A stretch of 64,000 bases of DNA from Obrimoposthia wandeli (taxonomy: Eukaryota): NCBI GenBank assembly GCA_977020255.1, contig CDROCS010003840.1:186001-250000 (forward strand). Reading direction: 5' to 3'. Numbering within the stretch: position 1 is the stretch's first letter; every line of letters begins with the position of its first letter. The position numbers were made by a program, and so were the translations under genes. The notes under the pieces were generated by a model. It saw only the letters and a program-made list of their open reading frames with translations. It searched no databases and had not been told where the DNA came from. Of the stretch, positions 1 through 10,033 are shown one piece after another.

Positions 1-2
1 GT

Positions 3-2075
3 TTACTGGGGTTAGAAGCGGCAAATGCACTGAAGCACCTAGGCGTTGAAACCCATGTTGTTGAGTTTGCTCCGCGCTTGATGGCGGTGCAATTAGATGA
101 TGGTGGCGCACGATTACTGCAACGAAAAATTGAGCAGCTTGATGTTCAGGTACATACCGAAAAAGCGACCACAGAAATCGTGGCAGGTGAAACGTGTCGT
201 TACCGCATGAACTTTGCTGATGGCAGCTTTCTTGAAACCGATATGATCGTATTTTCGGCAGGTATACGCCCTCAAGATGAATTAGCGCGTCAATATGATT
301 TAGAGGTGGGTGAACGTGGCGGAATTGTGATTAACGATAACTGCCAAACGAGTGTCGACAATGTTTACGCCGTTGGTGAGTGTGCCCTTTGGCAAGGACG
401 AATCTTTGGTTTAGTCGCACCAGGTTACAGCATGGCTAAAGCTGCGGTTTCACATATCTGTGGTGGTTCGGGGTCATTTATCGGTGCAGATATGAGCACC
501 AAGTTGAAGCTGCTAGGCGTCGATGTTGCCAGTATCGGTGATGCACATGGGCAAACAGAAGGGGCGCAATCTTACACCTTTAACGATGAAGTTGAGCAAA
601 TATACAAACGTCTTATTATATCAAAAGACGGTAACAAGATATTAGGCGCAGTATTAGTTGGCGATGTTGATGCCTACGGCACGTTACTGCAAATTATGCT
701 CAACGATATGGAATTACCAGACAACCCTGCCGCATTAATATTACCAACGGTTGATGGCGAAGCAAGTATCGGCTTTGGTGTTGATGCCTTGCCCGATTCA
801 GCCCAAGTCTGTTCATGTTTTGATGTAACCAAAGGGCAGATTAAAGAGGCTGTCGCTAATGGCTGTACTGATATGGCAAGCATCAAAGGCACAACCAAAG
901 CGTCGTCAGGTTGTGGCGGCTGTACTGGGTTGGCAAAGCAAGTGCTAGAGGCGGAATTAGCGAGCCTTGGTTTTGAGGTGAAAAATGATATTTGTGAGCA
1001 CTTTGCTTATTCGCGAAAAGAACTGGCCGACATTATTCGCATTAAGGAAATAAAGACGTTTGATGAATTGCTAGCAAGCCACGGCGAAGGGCTTGGTTGT
1101 GAAGTCTGTAAGCCGACTGTAGGGTCAATATTAGCTTCATTTTGGAATGATTATGTATTAGATAATCAACATATTGGGCTGCAAGACACTAACGATATAT
1201 TTCTTGGCAACATGCAAAAAGATGGTACGTATTCGGTGGTTCCGCGTATTGCTGGTGGAGAAATAACGCCAGAGAAATTAATTGTACTAGGGCAGGTAGC
1301 GCAAGAGTTTAATCTTTATACCAAAATAACGGGCGGGCAACGCATTGACTTATTTGGTGCACAATTGCATGAACTGCCGAGTATTTGGAAAAAACTCATT
1401 GATGTGGGTTTTGAAACCGGCCATGCCTATGGCAAATCACTGCGTACCGTGAAATCGTGTGTTGGTAGCACATGGTGTCGTTATGGTGTTAAAGACAGTG
1501 TGGGTTTTGCGATAGAAATTGAAAACCGTTACAAAGGATTACGTGCCCCGCATAAGATCAAGTTTGGTGTCTCTGGTTGTACCCGCGAATGCGCAGAAGC
1601 ACAGTCGAAAGATGTCGGTATTATCGCGACAGAAAATGGTTGGAATCTGTATGTGTGCGGCAATGGTGGTATGCGTCCGCGTCATGCTGACCTCTTTGCA
1701 TCAGATTTAGATGATAAAACCTTACAACAATATGTTGACCGATTCTTGATGTTTTATATTCGCACCGCTGATCGATTACAGCGAACATCGGTATGGCTAG
1801 AGAATGTAGACGGCGGGCTAGATTACCTTAAAGAAGTCATTATTGATGATAAATTAGGGCTAGCAGAAGAGCTTGAAAATGAAATGGCACGTAATATCCA
1901 AAACTATCAATGTGAATGGAAAACAACCATTGAGTCATCTGAAAAACTCAAACGTTTCCAGCATTTTATTAATAGTTCTGATCCTGATAATAAGCTTTCT
2001 TATATAACAGAGCGAGAGCAGCGTCGCCCAGCAACAAAATCTGAACGGATTGATATTGTAGAAGTGACTGATTAG
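3..2075 (+). CDS. nirB: NAD(P)H-dependent nitrite reductase large subunit (5' end outside window)
   Basis: Frame open from window start (LLGLEAANALKHLG...); two BFD-like Cys clusters (CSC...CGGC; CEH...CEVC); sirohaem/4Fe-4S motifs KSCVGSTWC and GCTRECAE; followed by nirD. Confidence 0.96.
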   Translation, partial: LLGLEAANALKHLGVETHVVEFAPRLMAVQLDDGGARLLQRKIEQLDVQVHTEKATTEIVAGETCRYRMNFADGSFLETDMIVFSAGIRPQDELARQYDLEVGERGGIVINDNCQTSVDNVYAVGECALWQGRIFGLVAPGYSMAKAAVSHICGGSGSFIGADMSTKLKLLGVDVASIGDAHGQTEGAQSYTFNDEVEQIYKRLIISKDGNKILGAVLVGDVDAYGTLLQIMLNDMELPDNPAALILPTVDGEASIGFGVDALPDSAQVCSCFDVTKGQIKEAVANGCTDMASIKGTTKASSGCGGCTGLAKQVLEAELASLGFEVKNDICEHFAYSRKELADIIRIKEIKTFDELLASHGEGLGCEVCKPTVGSILASFWNDYVLDNQHIGLQDTNDIFLGNMQKDGTYSVVPRIAGGEITPEKLIVLGQVAQEFNLYTKITGGQRIDLFGAQLHELPSIWKKLIDVGFETGHAYGKSLRTVKSCVGSTWCRYGVKDSVGFAIEIENRYKGLRAPHKIKFGVSGCTRECAEAQSKDVGIIATENGWNLYVCGNGGMRPRHADLFASDLDDKTLQQYVDRFLMFYIRTADRLQRTSVWLENVDGGLDYLKEVIIDDKLGLAEELENEMARNIQNYQCEWKTTIESSEKLKRFQHFINSSDPDNKLSYITEREQRRPATKSERIDIVEVTD

Positions 2076-2158
2076 GTCATTCATTCTGAATCTTGCCCCT
2101 CGAGGTAGAGGTCGCGAGGGTTTATATCTGCATTAATAGCTGAAAAGGAAAATATAAG

Positions 2159-2491
2159 ATGAGTGATTGGAAAACAATTTGTCACCAAGATGATTTAATT
2201 CCCGATACCGGATTGTGTGCATTGTTTGATGATGAACAAGTGGCTATTTTTTATTGTGGTGGTAATCAAAGCCTATATGCATTATCGAATTTTGACCCCA
2301 TTGGCGATGCGAATGTTTTATCGCGTGGTATTGTTGGCTCTATTGGCGATGAAGTTGTCGTAGCATCACCACTTTATAAACAACATTTCAACCTTAAGAC
2401 TGGAAAGTGCTTAGAAGCGCCTGAACATACATTAAAAACGTACCCTATACGGGTAAATGATGGTGAGATTCAGTTGCAGATGGTGTCGTAA
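2159..2491 (+). CDS. nirD: nitrite reductase small subunit (Rieske-like, NirD type)
   Basis: 110 aa; ANVLSRGIVG and VASPLYKQHF motifs; directly after nirB. Confidence 0.95.
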   Translation: MSDWKTICHQDDLIPDTGLCALFDDEQVAIFYCGGNQSLYALSNFDPIGDANVLSRGIVGSIGDEVVVASPLYKQHFNLKTGKCLEAPEHTLKTYPIRVNDGEIQLQMVS

Positions 2492-2737
2492 GATTGAAAT
2501 TATAATATTTTAGCTTTAATTTCAACGTGTTATTTATTAAAAGTAGAGACTTTTAGCCTTTGCTTTTTTGTTTGTTTTTTATGCTAAACGTAAATCATAA
2601 TCTTTATTTTTGCTTATATGTGTACTGTTAGTGCATATTTTTAGCTGGTTGCTCAACTAAAGGGAATTAGTTTTCTATAATTCATATATTTAAGTCTTAA
2701 CCTATTGTTTTAATGATGATATTTAAATTTATTAATG

Positions 2738-2753
2738 TGGCACGTAATGTGCA
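2738..2753 (+). promoter_or_regulatory. putative sigma-54 (-24/-12) promoter of the nitrate transporter gene
   Basis: TGGCACGTAATGTGCA: GG(2739-40)-N10-GC(2751-52), ~45 nt before the ATG; AT-rich upstream; fits nitrogen regulation. Confidence 0.6.
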
Positions 2754-2796
2754 TTGTTATAAGGAGCGATATTATTGATAAATAGAGGGATCTTGT

Positions 2797-4272
2797 ATGG
2801 GCAATAAGGATAAATTTAATCTGTTTTCATTTACTGGCAAGATGAAAATACTTCATCTTGGTTGGTTTGCTTTTTTCATTACGTTTCTGGTGTGGTTCAA
2901 CTTTGCACCATTTTTACAATCAGTTAAAGAGTCTCTTGGTTTAACAACGGCAGAAATTAAAACACTGCTTATTTTAAATGTGGCATTTACTATTCCTGCA
3001 CGTGTTGTTATTGGGATGCTGACCGACAAATATGGCCCTCGTATTGTTTATTCGACATTGCTCGCCATTTGTTCAATTCCTTGTTTTGCGTTCGCATTGT
3101 CTGAAACGTTTATTCAAGCGGCTATTTCCCGTTTTGCACTGGGTTTTATTGGTGCCGGTTTTGTGGTGGGTATTCGTTTGGTTTCTGAATGGTTTCCACA
3201 TAATGAATTAGGGACTGCAGAAGGGATTTATGGCGGTTGGGGTAATTTTGGTTCGGCTGCCGCGGCATTTACGCTACCCACAATTGCAGTGATGTTTGGC
3301 GGTGAAGATGGCTGGCGTTATGCCATGGCAATTACCGGTGCAATGAGCTTGCTGTTCTCTTTTGTATTTTATGCCAATGTTACCGATACCCCTAAGGGCT
3401 CGACGTATTTCCGCCCTAAAAATTTAGGTGCCATGGAAGTGACATCAACAGGAGACTTTTACTTATTATTGTTGATGAAAATTCCGATGTACGGCGCATT
3501 GGCGTTATTAGCTTGGAAGCTGTCACCTGCGGGTATTTCGATGTTGTCTGACATGGTAGTCAACAGCATTTATGCGGGGCTAGCAGCACTGTATTTATAT
3601 GAAGTATGGCAAGTGTGGAAGATGAATAAGTCGATCTTTTCTGAGCCTGTACCAAATATTCATCAATACAAATTTAAACAAGTTGCGGTACTGAGCATTC
3701 TTTATTTTGCTACTTTTGGTTCAGAGCTTGCCGTTATTTCAATGTTGCCTCTTTTCTTCTCTGAAACGTTTGAACTCACACCTGTTATGGCGGGAATGGT
3801 TGCCTCTGCATATGCGTTTATGAACCTTATGTCACGGCCTGGTGGTGGATGGCTATCAGATAAGTTTGGTCGTAAGCCAACATTATTGATTCTAACGGCG
3901 GGTTTAGCCGTAGGGTATTTCTTCATGGGGCAGGTTAACAGTGAGTGGCCGTTATGGTTAGCCGTAGTGGCAGCAATGGCATGTTCTTTCTTTGTTCAAT
4001 CAGGTGAAGGGGCGGTGTTTGCGACGGTTCCGTTAATCAAGCGCCGTATGACAGGGCAGATTGCAGGCATGACGGGGGCTTATGGCAATGTTGGTGCTGT
4101 GTGTTACCTCACGGTATTGTCGGTAGTTGATTACAGCACCTTCTTCTTCGTGATTGCAGGTACAGCGGTATTGGGCTTCATTACCTTATTGTTTATGGAA
4201 GAGCCATCAGGGCAGATTGCAGAAGTTAATGAGGATGGAAGCGTCACGTTAATTGATGTTGCCAATAATTGA
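2797..4272 (+). CDS. narK: NarK/NasA-family nitrate/nitrite MFS transporter
   Basis: Multi-TM MFS protein; nitrate signatures GIYGGWGNFG and AGMTGAYGNVG; RPGGGWLSDKFG loop. Confidence 0.92.
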   Translation: MGNKDKFNLFSFTGKMKILHLGWFAFFITFLVWFNFAPFLQSVKESLGLTTAEIKTLLILNVAFTIPARVVIGMLTDKYGPRIVYSTLLAICSIPCFAFALSETFIQAAISRFALGFIGAGFVVGIRLVSEWFPHNELGTAEGIYGGWGNFGSAAAAFTLPTIAVMFGGEDGWRYAMAITGAMSLLFSFVFYANVTDTPKGSTYFRPKNLGAMEVTSTGDFYLLLLMKIPMYGALALLAWKLSPAGISMLSDMVVNSIYAGLAALYLYEVWQVWKMNKSIFSEPVPNIHQYKFKQVAVLSILYFATFGSELAVISMLPLFFSETFELTPVMAGMVASAYAFMNLMSRPGGGWLSDKFGRKPTLLILTAGLAVGYFFMGQVNSEWPLWLAVVAAMACSFFVQSGEGAVFATVPLIKRRMTGQIAGMTGAYGNVGAVCYLTVLSVVDYSTFFFVIAGTAVLGFITLLFMEEPSGQIAEVNEDGSVTLIDVANN

Positions 4273-4393
4273 TACCACCCTTAGTAAGTCAATGCTCTGA
4301 TAGTTATCTAGATGGCGGTATCTTTAACCACTTCAGCCATTTCGTGACATTGACTACTTCATTAAATCCATCGCTTATGCAGATAACGGCTTC

Positions 4394-6304
4394 GTGAAGA
4401 TAATAGCCAGAAAGGGGGCGTGCATGACTCAAGCTTCATCAAATACACATTCAGCCAAAGAGAGCGTGAGCAGCAGTAAGTTGAATAGGGTTGAAGCAAT
4501 GGCCAACACACCGTTTAAACAACAAACGTCATCATTGTTTTCAGCAAATAAAAAAAATGAAAATAGATTTCAGGTTGCGATGGGCGGCTATTCCATTGCG
4601 GGTGTACGACCCGTTAATCAAGATGCATTTTCCGTTAAGCTGCCAAGCAGTAATAATGTCGTGAAATATAAAGGCATTGTTGCATGTATTGCTGATGGCG
4701 TTAGCTGCAGTGAAAATGCGCAACAAGCCAGCCAAACCAGCGTGACTCAATTTATTGATGAATATTACAGTACCCCAGATAGTTGGAATGTGAAGAAATC
4801 AGCATCTACCGTGTTAACGTCATTGAATCAGTGGCTGTATCAACATGGTCAGTACAGCGATTTACGACACAATGGATTGGTTACAACGTTTAGTGGTGTT
4901 GTTTTAAAATCGAATACTGCTCATCTTATTCATGTAGGTGATAGTCGAATTTATCGCTATCGGCAGGGTAAATTAACCCTGTTAACCCGCGATCATTGCC
5001 GTAAGCAGAGCGGGAGAAATAGCTTTCTGACGCGAGCATTAGGCATGGATAGTCATTTAGAAGTGGACTACCAACAAGAGTCTATTGAAAAAGGGGATAT
5101 CTTTTTTCTTTCAACAGATGGTGTACATGAATGGCTAACAGATAACGAAATAACAGCATTAATCTATGAAGGAACAAAAGAGAACAGAGACAGAGAGCAA
5201 CAAGCCAAAGCGATCATCGCGCAAGCGCAAGCCAATGGAAGTGATGACAATCTAAGTTGTTTATTGTTAGAGGTACTTTCAGTACCCAGCTTGAATATCG
5301 AAGAAGCTTATTCTCAACTCACTAAAAAAGTGATTCCACCTATCCTGAAAGTCGGTAATACCATTGATAACCTCAAGGTGGTTGATGTGATACACAGTGG
5401 TACGCGTAGTCATGTGTATTTAGTCAGGAATATTGAGGATAACGCAGAGGTTGCTCATTATATATTAAAAGCCCCTTCGCCTAATTTTGCTGAAGATCTA
5501 CTTTATCTTGAAGGGTTCAGCAGAGAGCACTGGGTGGGATGCCAGTTTAATAACACGAGTATTATGAAGATTTATGATCATAATACCAGCTCTCCATTTT
5601 TGTACCACTTGTGTGAATATGTTGAAGGACAAAGTTTACGGCAATGGATGCATGATAACCCTAAACCCAGTTTTGAAAATGTCCGTATTATTGCAAATGG
5701 AATAATAAAAGCTATTCGTGTGTTCCAACGAATCGGGATGGTACATCGCGATCTTAAACCTGAGAATATCATTCTGGCAAAAGATGGACGTATTGTGGTC
5801 ATTGATTTTGGTACGGTGCAGGTTGACGGTTTAGATGAAATTGCATCACCAGTTTCTGAAGATGTACCCATGGGCTCAGTTGATTATATTGCGCCGGAAT
5901 ACTTGGCTGGCGCACGGGCGCAACATCAATCAGACATCTTTTCTATTGGGGTGATTATATTTGAAATGCTAACGGGGAAATTACCGTATGTCACACGAGC
6001 CTCTCGGGTTGTACAGTCCACTCCTTACCAAGATTGGCATTATATCTCTGCGTGTCAGTATCGGGAGGATATTCCATTTTGGCTTGATATGACGTTAAAA
6101 AAAGCCTGCCAACCATCGCCAAAATTGCGCTATCAAGCAATGTCAGAATTGCAGCAAGACTTTACATCACCCAACCCTCAGGTTGTCGCTGAATATGAAA
6201 AATCACCATTAATACAACGTTATCCTATCTCATTTTGGAAAGTAGTCTCTTTAGTACTACTGGTTGTTGTTGTAGCTGAAGGGTATTTTATAATGATGTT
6301 ATGA
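4394..6304 (+). CDS. bifunctional PP2C-family phosphatase / Hanks-type Ser/Thr kinase with C-terminal TM anchor (true start may be ATG 4424 or later)
   Basis: PP2C motifs NQDA, IADGVS, HVGDSRIY, TRALG, STDGV, GSDDNLS; kinase motifs LKAP, HRDLKPEN, DFG, YIAPE, SDIFSIG; hydrophobic C-terminus. Confidence 0.9.
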   Translation: MKIIARKGACMTQASSNTHSAKESVSSSKLNRVEAMANTPFKQQTSSLFSANKKNENRFQVAMGGYSIAGVRPVNQDAFSVKLPSSNNVVKYKGIVACIADGVSCSENAQQASQTSVTQFIDEYYSTPDSWNVKKSASTVLTSLNQWLYQHGQYSDLRHNGLVTTFSGVVLKSNTAHLIHVGDSRIYRYRQGKLTLLTRDHCRKQSGRNSFLTRALGMDSHLEVDYQQESIEKGDIFFLSTDGVHEWLTDNEITALIYEGTKENRDREQQAKAIIAQAQANGSDDNLSCLLLEVLSVPSLNIEEAYSQLTKKVIPPILKVGNTIDNLKVVDVIHSGTRSHVYLVRNIEDNAEVAHYILKAPSPNFAEDLLYLEGFSREHWVGCQFNNTSIMKIYDHNTSSPFLYHLCEYVEGQSLRQWMHDNPKPSFENVRIIANGIIKAIRVFQRIGMVHRDLKPENIILAKDGRIVVIDFGTVQVDGLDEIASPVSEDVPMGSVDYIAPEYLAGARAQHQSDIFSIGVIIFEMLTGKLPYVTRASRVVQSTPYQDWHYISACQYREDIPFWLDMTLKKACQPSPKLRYQAMSELQQDFTSPNPQVVAEYEKSPLIQRYPISFWKVVSLVLLVVVVAEGYFIMML

Positions 6305-6340
6305 CGATATTCTAAAGACCGAAAATAAGATATTTAACCC

Positions 6341-6368
6341 AAGCACTAATAAACATTAGTGCTTTTTT
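6341..6368 (+). terminator. intrinsic terminator after kinase gene
   Basis: AAGCACTAAT-AAAC-ATTAGTGCTT followed by T tract. Confidence 0.8.
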
Positions 6369-6540
6369 ATGCTTGCAATAAATGCATTTAAGGCTGATTG
6401 AAATATACGTAAGAACAGGCTTTTGTTTACCCCTGGAAAGGCTATGTTTCCTGCTGTAAACGTTAACCTTATGATTTGGAAGGAATAAAGGTGATCGCCG
6501 TCATGATTTTTGTTTTGTTTTGAGCATGCTCGACCAGAAT

Positions 6541-6554
6541 TTGTTTAAGATCAA
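6541..6554. promoter_or_regulatory. possible FNR box upstream of alcohol dehydrogenase
   Basis: TTGTT-TAAG-ATCAA versus consensus TTGAT-N4-ATCAA (1 mismatch). Confidence 0.4.
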
Positions 6555-6717
6555 ATTGCGATACGGCAGCAAGGTGTTACAAAGAGAACAGACAGCAAGA
6601 GATTTACATCGCAATAAAATGAACGTACCAAGACTGATTACATTTAGTGGTGCTTTAGCGGCATAACGTTAGAGATCATTACCGTAATGAGTTTTTAAAA
6701 TATTATGGAGAATTATT

Positions 6718-7866
6718 ATGAGCAGTGCATTTTTTATCCCTTCGGTAAACTTAATGGGCGCTGGTTGTTTAACTGAGGCGGCTGATGCGGTTAAAGCACA
6801 TGGCTTCAAAAAAGCATTAATCGTGACAGATAAAGTATTGAACCAAATTGGTGTGGTTAAGCAAGTGGTTGATCTGCTAGCTGAACGTAACGTAGAAGCG
6901 GTTGTTTTTGATGGCACACAACCTAACCCAACAATGGGTAATGTTAAAGCGGGCTTAGCACTATTAAAAGCTAATGAGTGTGACTTTGTTATTTCATTAG
7001 GTGGTGGCTCGCCGCACGATTGTGCGAAAGGTGTTGCGCTTGTTGCTTCAAATGGCGGTTCAATCTCTGATTATGAAGGGGTTGATGTAAGTGCTAAACC
7101 TCAGTTACCACTTGTTGCGATTAATACCACTGCGGGTACTGCATCAGAGATGACACGTTTCTGTATTATTACTGATGAAGCTCGTCATATTAAGATGGCA
7201 ATTGTTGATAAAAATACAACACCATTAATGTCAGTTAATGATCCTGAATTGATGCTAGCAAAGCCAGCATCATTAACTGCAGCAACCGGTATGGATGCGC
7301 TAACACACGCTATTGAAGCATACGTTTCAACTGCAGCAACACCGATTACAGATGCTGTAGCAATTAAAGCGATGGAGCTTATTCAGGCACATTTACGTAC
7401 CGCTGTAAATGATGGTCAAAACCTTGAAGCGCGCGAGCAAATGGCCTACGCACAATTCATGGCTGGCATGGCATTTAACAATGCCTCTTTAGGTTACGTA
7501 CACGCAATGGCGCACCAGTTAGGTGGTTTTTACGACCTTCCACATGGTGTGTGTAATGCGGTTCTTTTACCTCATGTTCAGCGCTATAACGCTAAAGTAT
7601 GTCCTGAGCGTTTACGTGATGTGGCAAGAGCTATGGGTGTGAATGTTGAAGCGATGACGGCTGAACAAGGTGCAGATGCTGCATTAGAAGCTATTCAAGT
7701 ACTATCGAAAGATGTAGGTATTCCAGCGGGTCTTAAAGACCTTGGCGCAAAGAATGAAGATATCTCAATTCTTGCTGATAATGCGTTGAAAGATGCATGT
7801 GGTTTTACTAATCCAAAGCAAGCAACTCATGAAGAAATTTCTGAGATTTTTGCTGCTGCAATGTAA
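6718..7866 (+). CDS. yiaY: iron-containing alcohol dehydrogenase, YiaY / L-threonine dehydrogenase-like
   Basis: [50 protein letters not shown] motifs. Confidence 0.9.
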   Translation: MSSAFFIPSVNLMGAGCLTEAADAVKAHGFKKALIVTDKVLNQIGVVKQVVDLLAERNVEAVVFDGTQPNPTMGNVKAGLALLKANECDFVISLGGGSPHDCAKGVALVASNGGSISDYEGVDVSAKPQLPLVAINTTAGTASEMTRFCIITDEARHIKMAIVDKNTTPLMSVNDPELMLAKPASLTAATGMDALTHAIEAYVSTAATPITDAVAIKAMELIQAHLRTAVNDGQNLEAREQMAYAQFMAGMAFNNASLGYVHAMAHQLGGFYDLPHGVCNAVLLPHVQRYNAKVCPERLRDVARAMGVNVEAMTAEQGADAALEAIQVLSKDVGIPAGLKDLGAKNEDISILADNALKDACGFTNPKQATHEEISEIFAAAM

Positions 7867-7894
7867 TGGTATAAACAGGCTATACAAATAATAG

Positions 7895-7923
7895 AAAGCG
7901 ATCATTTATGGTCGCTTTTTTTT
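7895..7923 (+). terminator. intrinsic terminator after yiaY
   Basis: AAAGCGATCA-TTTA-TGGTCGCTTT followed by T run. Confidence 0.8.
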
Positions 7924-8177
7924 ATAGGGTCAACAACCATATCAGATAACAGCCCTTTGAAGTGAGCGTGAAGGTTGATCTGTAGTGCTCGTTACCATTA
8001 ACACGTATCTGCCCCATTCCTTGCTAGGGATACAGCTAGCCAGTTAACCGCAGCATTGCTTTTCTTATTGAAGCTAGGATCCGACTCCATTCAATTCGCA
8101 CCCTGTTAATAAACGAAACGCTTGCGGATGAACGGCTAGGGATGCCAATTCGCCGATTTCAACTTACTGAATAATTT

Positions 8178-8621
8178 TCAGTCCATTCGGGTAATAAAGG
8201 TTTGCTCGTCATCCACAAAAGCAACAAAGCCGCCGTAATAGATAAACACCCGACCACGCCCCTCAACTAGGCAGGCAAGCTGTGGGTTCAAATCTTCTTC
8301 GTTATCCTGGCTTTGAAAAGTGCCGGTATCGGTGATTACGCCGCTGAGTGTAGGCAAATATCCATAAGTGCGCTTGGCTTGATCAATCAGGTTCAATTCG
8401 CTGGCGGTAGAGAAGCAAAAGGGGATCGCACCGGCTTCTTCGATAAATATAGTTTTCAGTTCTTCAAAAGCTGTAATCACCAGCCAGTCGATGCCGTTAA
8501 CATGATGGATAAACATAGAGTTTCTCGTTAATTCTGATGCGGAGATTTTATCACTATCAGGGGCAGAACGTAGTAGAGATTTAGTTGCTAAAGGCGGTAA
8601 TTCTGTGCAATTACCGGACAT
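8178..8621 (-). CDS. hypothetical cytoplasmic protein (start possibly at internal MFIHHVNG)
   Basis: 147-aa ORF with globular, acidic composition; no family recognised. Confidence 0.6.
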   Translation of the reverse strand: MSGNCTELPPLATKSLLRSAPDSDKISASELTRNSMFIHHVNGIDWLVITAFEELKTIFIEEAGAIPFCFSTASELNLIDQAKRTYGYLPTLSGVITDTGTFQSQDNEEDLNPQLACLVEGRGRVFIYYGGFVAFVDDEQTFITRMD

Positions 8622-8868
8622 TCACTAGGCCAACTTGAAACACGTTTTTGCCCCTTTTTTAGTTGTGATTGATAGTCTACTCACATTACAAAGTCGAAAT
8701 TTGACGTACTTTTACTAATGATAGCGGTGCCGTGATTGAATGGCTATTTTGACCGTCATTACATATCATTGATTTGTCGCTGGATTCTCCAAATTTCGTT
8801 GGATTACTCAAGAACAATGTTCGAGAAATGGTAATATGCATTTATATGTTTCAAGTAAGATGTTTACT

Positions 8869-9483
8869 ATGGATAAAATCACAGAAAAAGCGATAAATGA
8901 GGTTATTGATAAGTACGACCCGCACACGGTCATTGTATATGGTTCAAGAGCAAGAGGTGATGCAACAAATGAAAGCGATGTAGATATGGCTTGCTTTCTT
9001 GACGTTCCGCTTGTCTCTGAGGACTTCAGGTACTTTGATGGTATTTTTCTTGATGCATGGATATACCCTACTGAGTCTATGAAAAATCCAGAGAATTTTG
9101 TACAAATGGGCAAAGCATTTTGTGCTATCGATAAATTCGGGTATGGAGAACAGCTACTACAGAAAATTGAAGATAGGATCAAAGCTGGTCCAATCCCTTT
9201 AACGGAAAAACAAAAACGCAACATCATTGAGTTAAGAATTAAAAATCTAAAGCGAATTGGTAAGAATGATATCGAGGGGAATCATAGAAGGTCATATCTC
9301 CAGTTCGCCTTGCTCGAAACATACTTTATTTTGAGAGACAAGTGGTTCTTTGGAGCAAAGAACAGCCTATCTTGGCTACAAGAAAATGATCCGATTGCTT
9401 TTGCACTCTTTGAAAGAGTTTATCAAACCCCTGAAGATTATGAAGCTTTAAAAAAGCTAACATTGTATACAACTAGCATATAA
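8869..9483 (+). CDS. Pol-beta-superfamily nucleotidyltransferase (minimal NTase + helical C-terminal domain)
   Basis: YGSRARGDATNESDVD matches the GS-x-ARG...SDxD motif; start taken at MDKITEK within ORF 8836-9483. Confidence 0.82.
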   Translation: MDKITEKAINEVIDKYDPHTVIVYGSRARGDATNESDVDMACFLDVPLVSEDFRYFDGIFLDAWIYPTESMKNPENFVQMGKAFCAIDKFGYGEQLLQKIEDRIKAGPIPLTEKQKRNIIELRIKNLKRIGKNDIEGNHRRSYLQFALLETYFILRDKWFFGAKNSLSWLQENDPIAFALFERVYQTPEDYEALKKLTLYTTSI

Positions 9484-10033
9484 AGCATGCGCTCCATGAA
9501 TTGTAGTAGCCTAAATGATTCGGTTTGTAATTTGTCGATTATTCAGGCTATTTGGATTAGTAAGAAATATCCCAAAGTTAGTGTTTAGAAATCTTTGTCA
9601 TTTCAGTAGTATTTTAAAAAAGGAATGGCACATGGCTGATCAGCTCTATCAATACTGGACACTCATCTTAGCGGGTTTGCCATACTTCAGTTAATTCATT
9701 GCTTACTAAATTAGCAAAATCAATGACTCATTTATGTCCAAAAATGTGTTAACGGCTGACGGGTTAATGGCATCGTTGTTCATCGTGGCATTGCGGTACG
9801 TAAAAGATCGTTAGCAATGCCACTTTCCCTTCTTTATACCTATACCCCTCACGTTATCTCAAGATGCAGGATTCAGCGTGACCTCAACGTATTGACTTTT
9901 TGGCTAAGGCATTAGCAAGACAGCAGCTATTTTTTGTACCATTTAGTTTCTATTAAGCATGACTAAATCGTGTAGTATACAGCAGGTAACTTACTGACTA
10001 AGATTATATAAATTGTTATAGAAGGAAGACATA

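Noticed and set aside
2096-2125. Terminator between nirB and nirD (CCCTCG...CGAGGG-TTT)
   Set aside because: Short stem, 12-nt loop and weak U tract; nirBD is expected to be co-transcribed.
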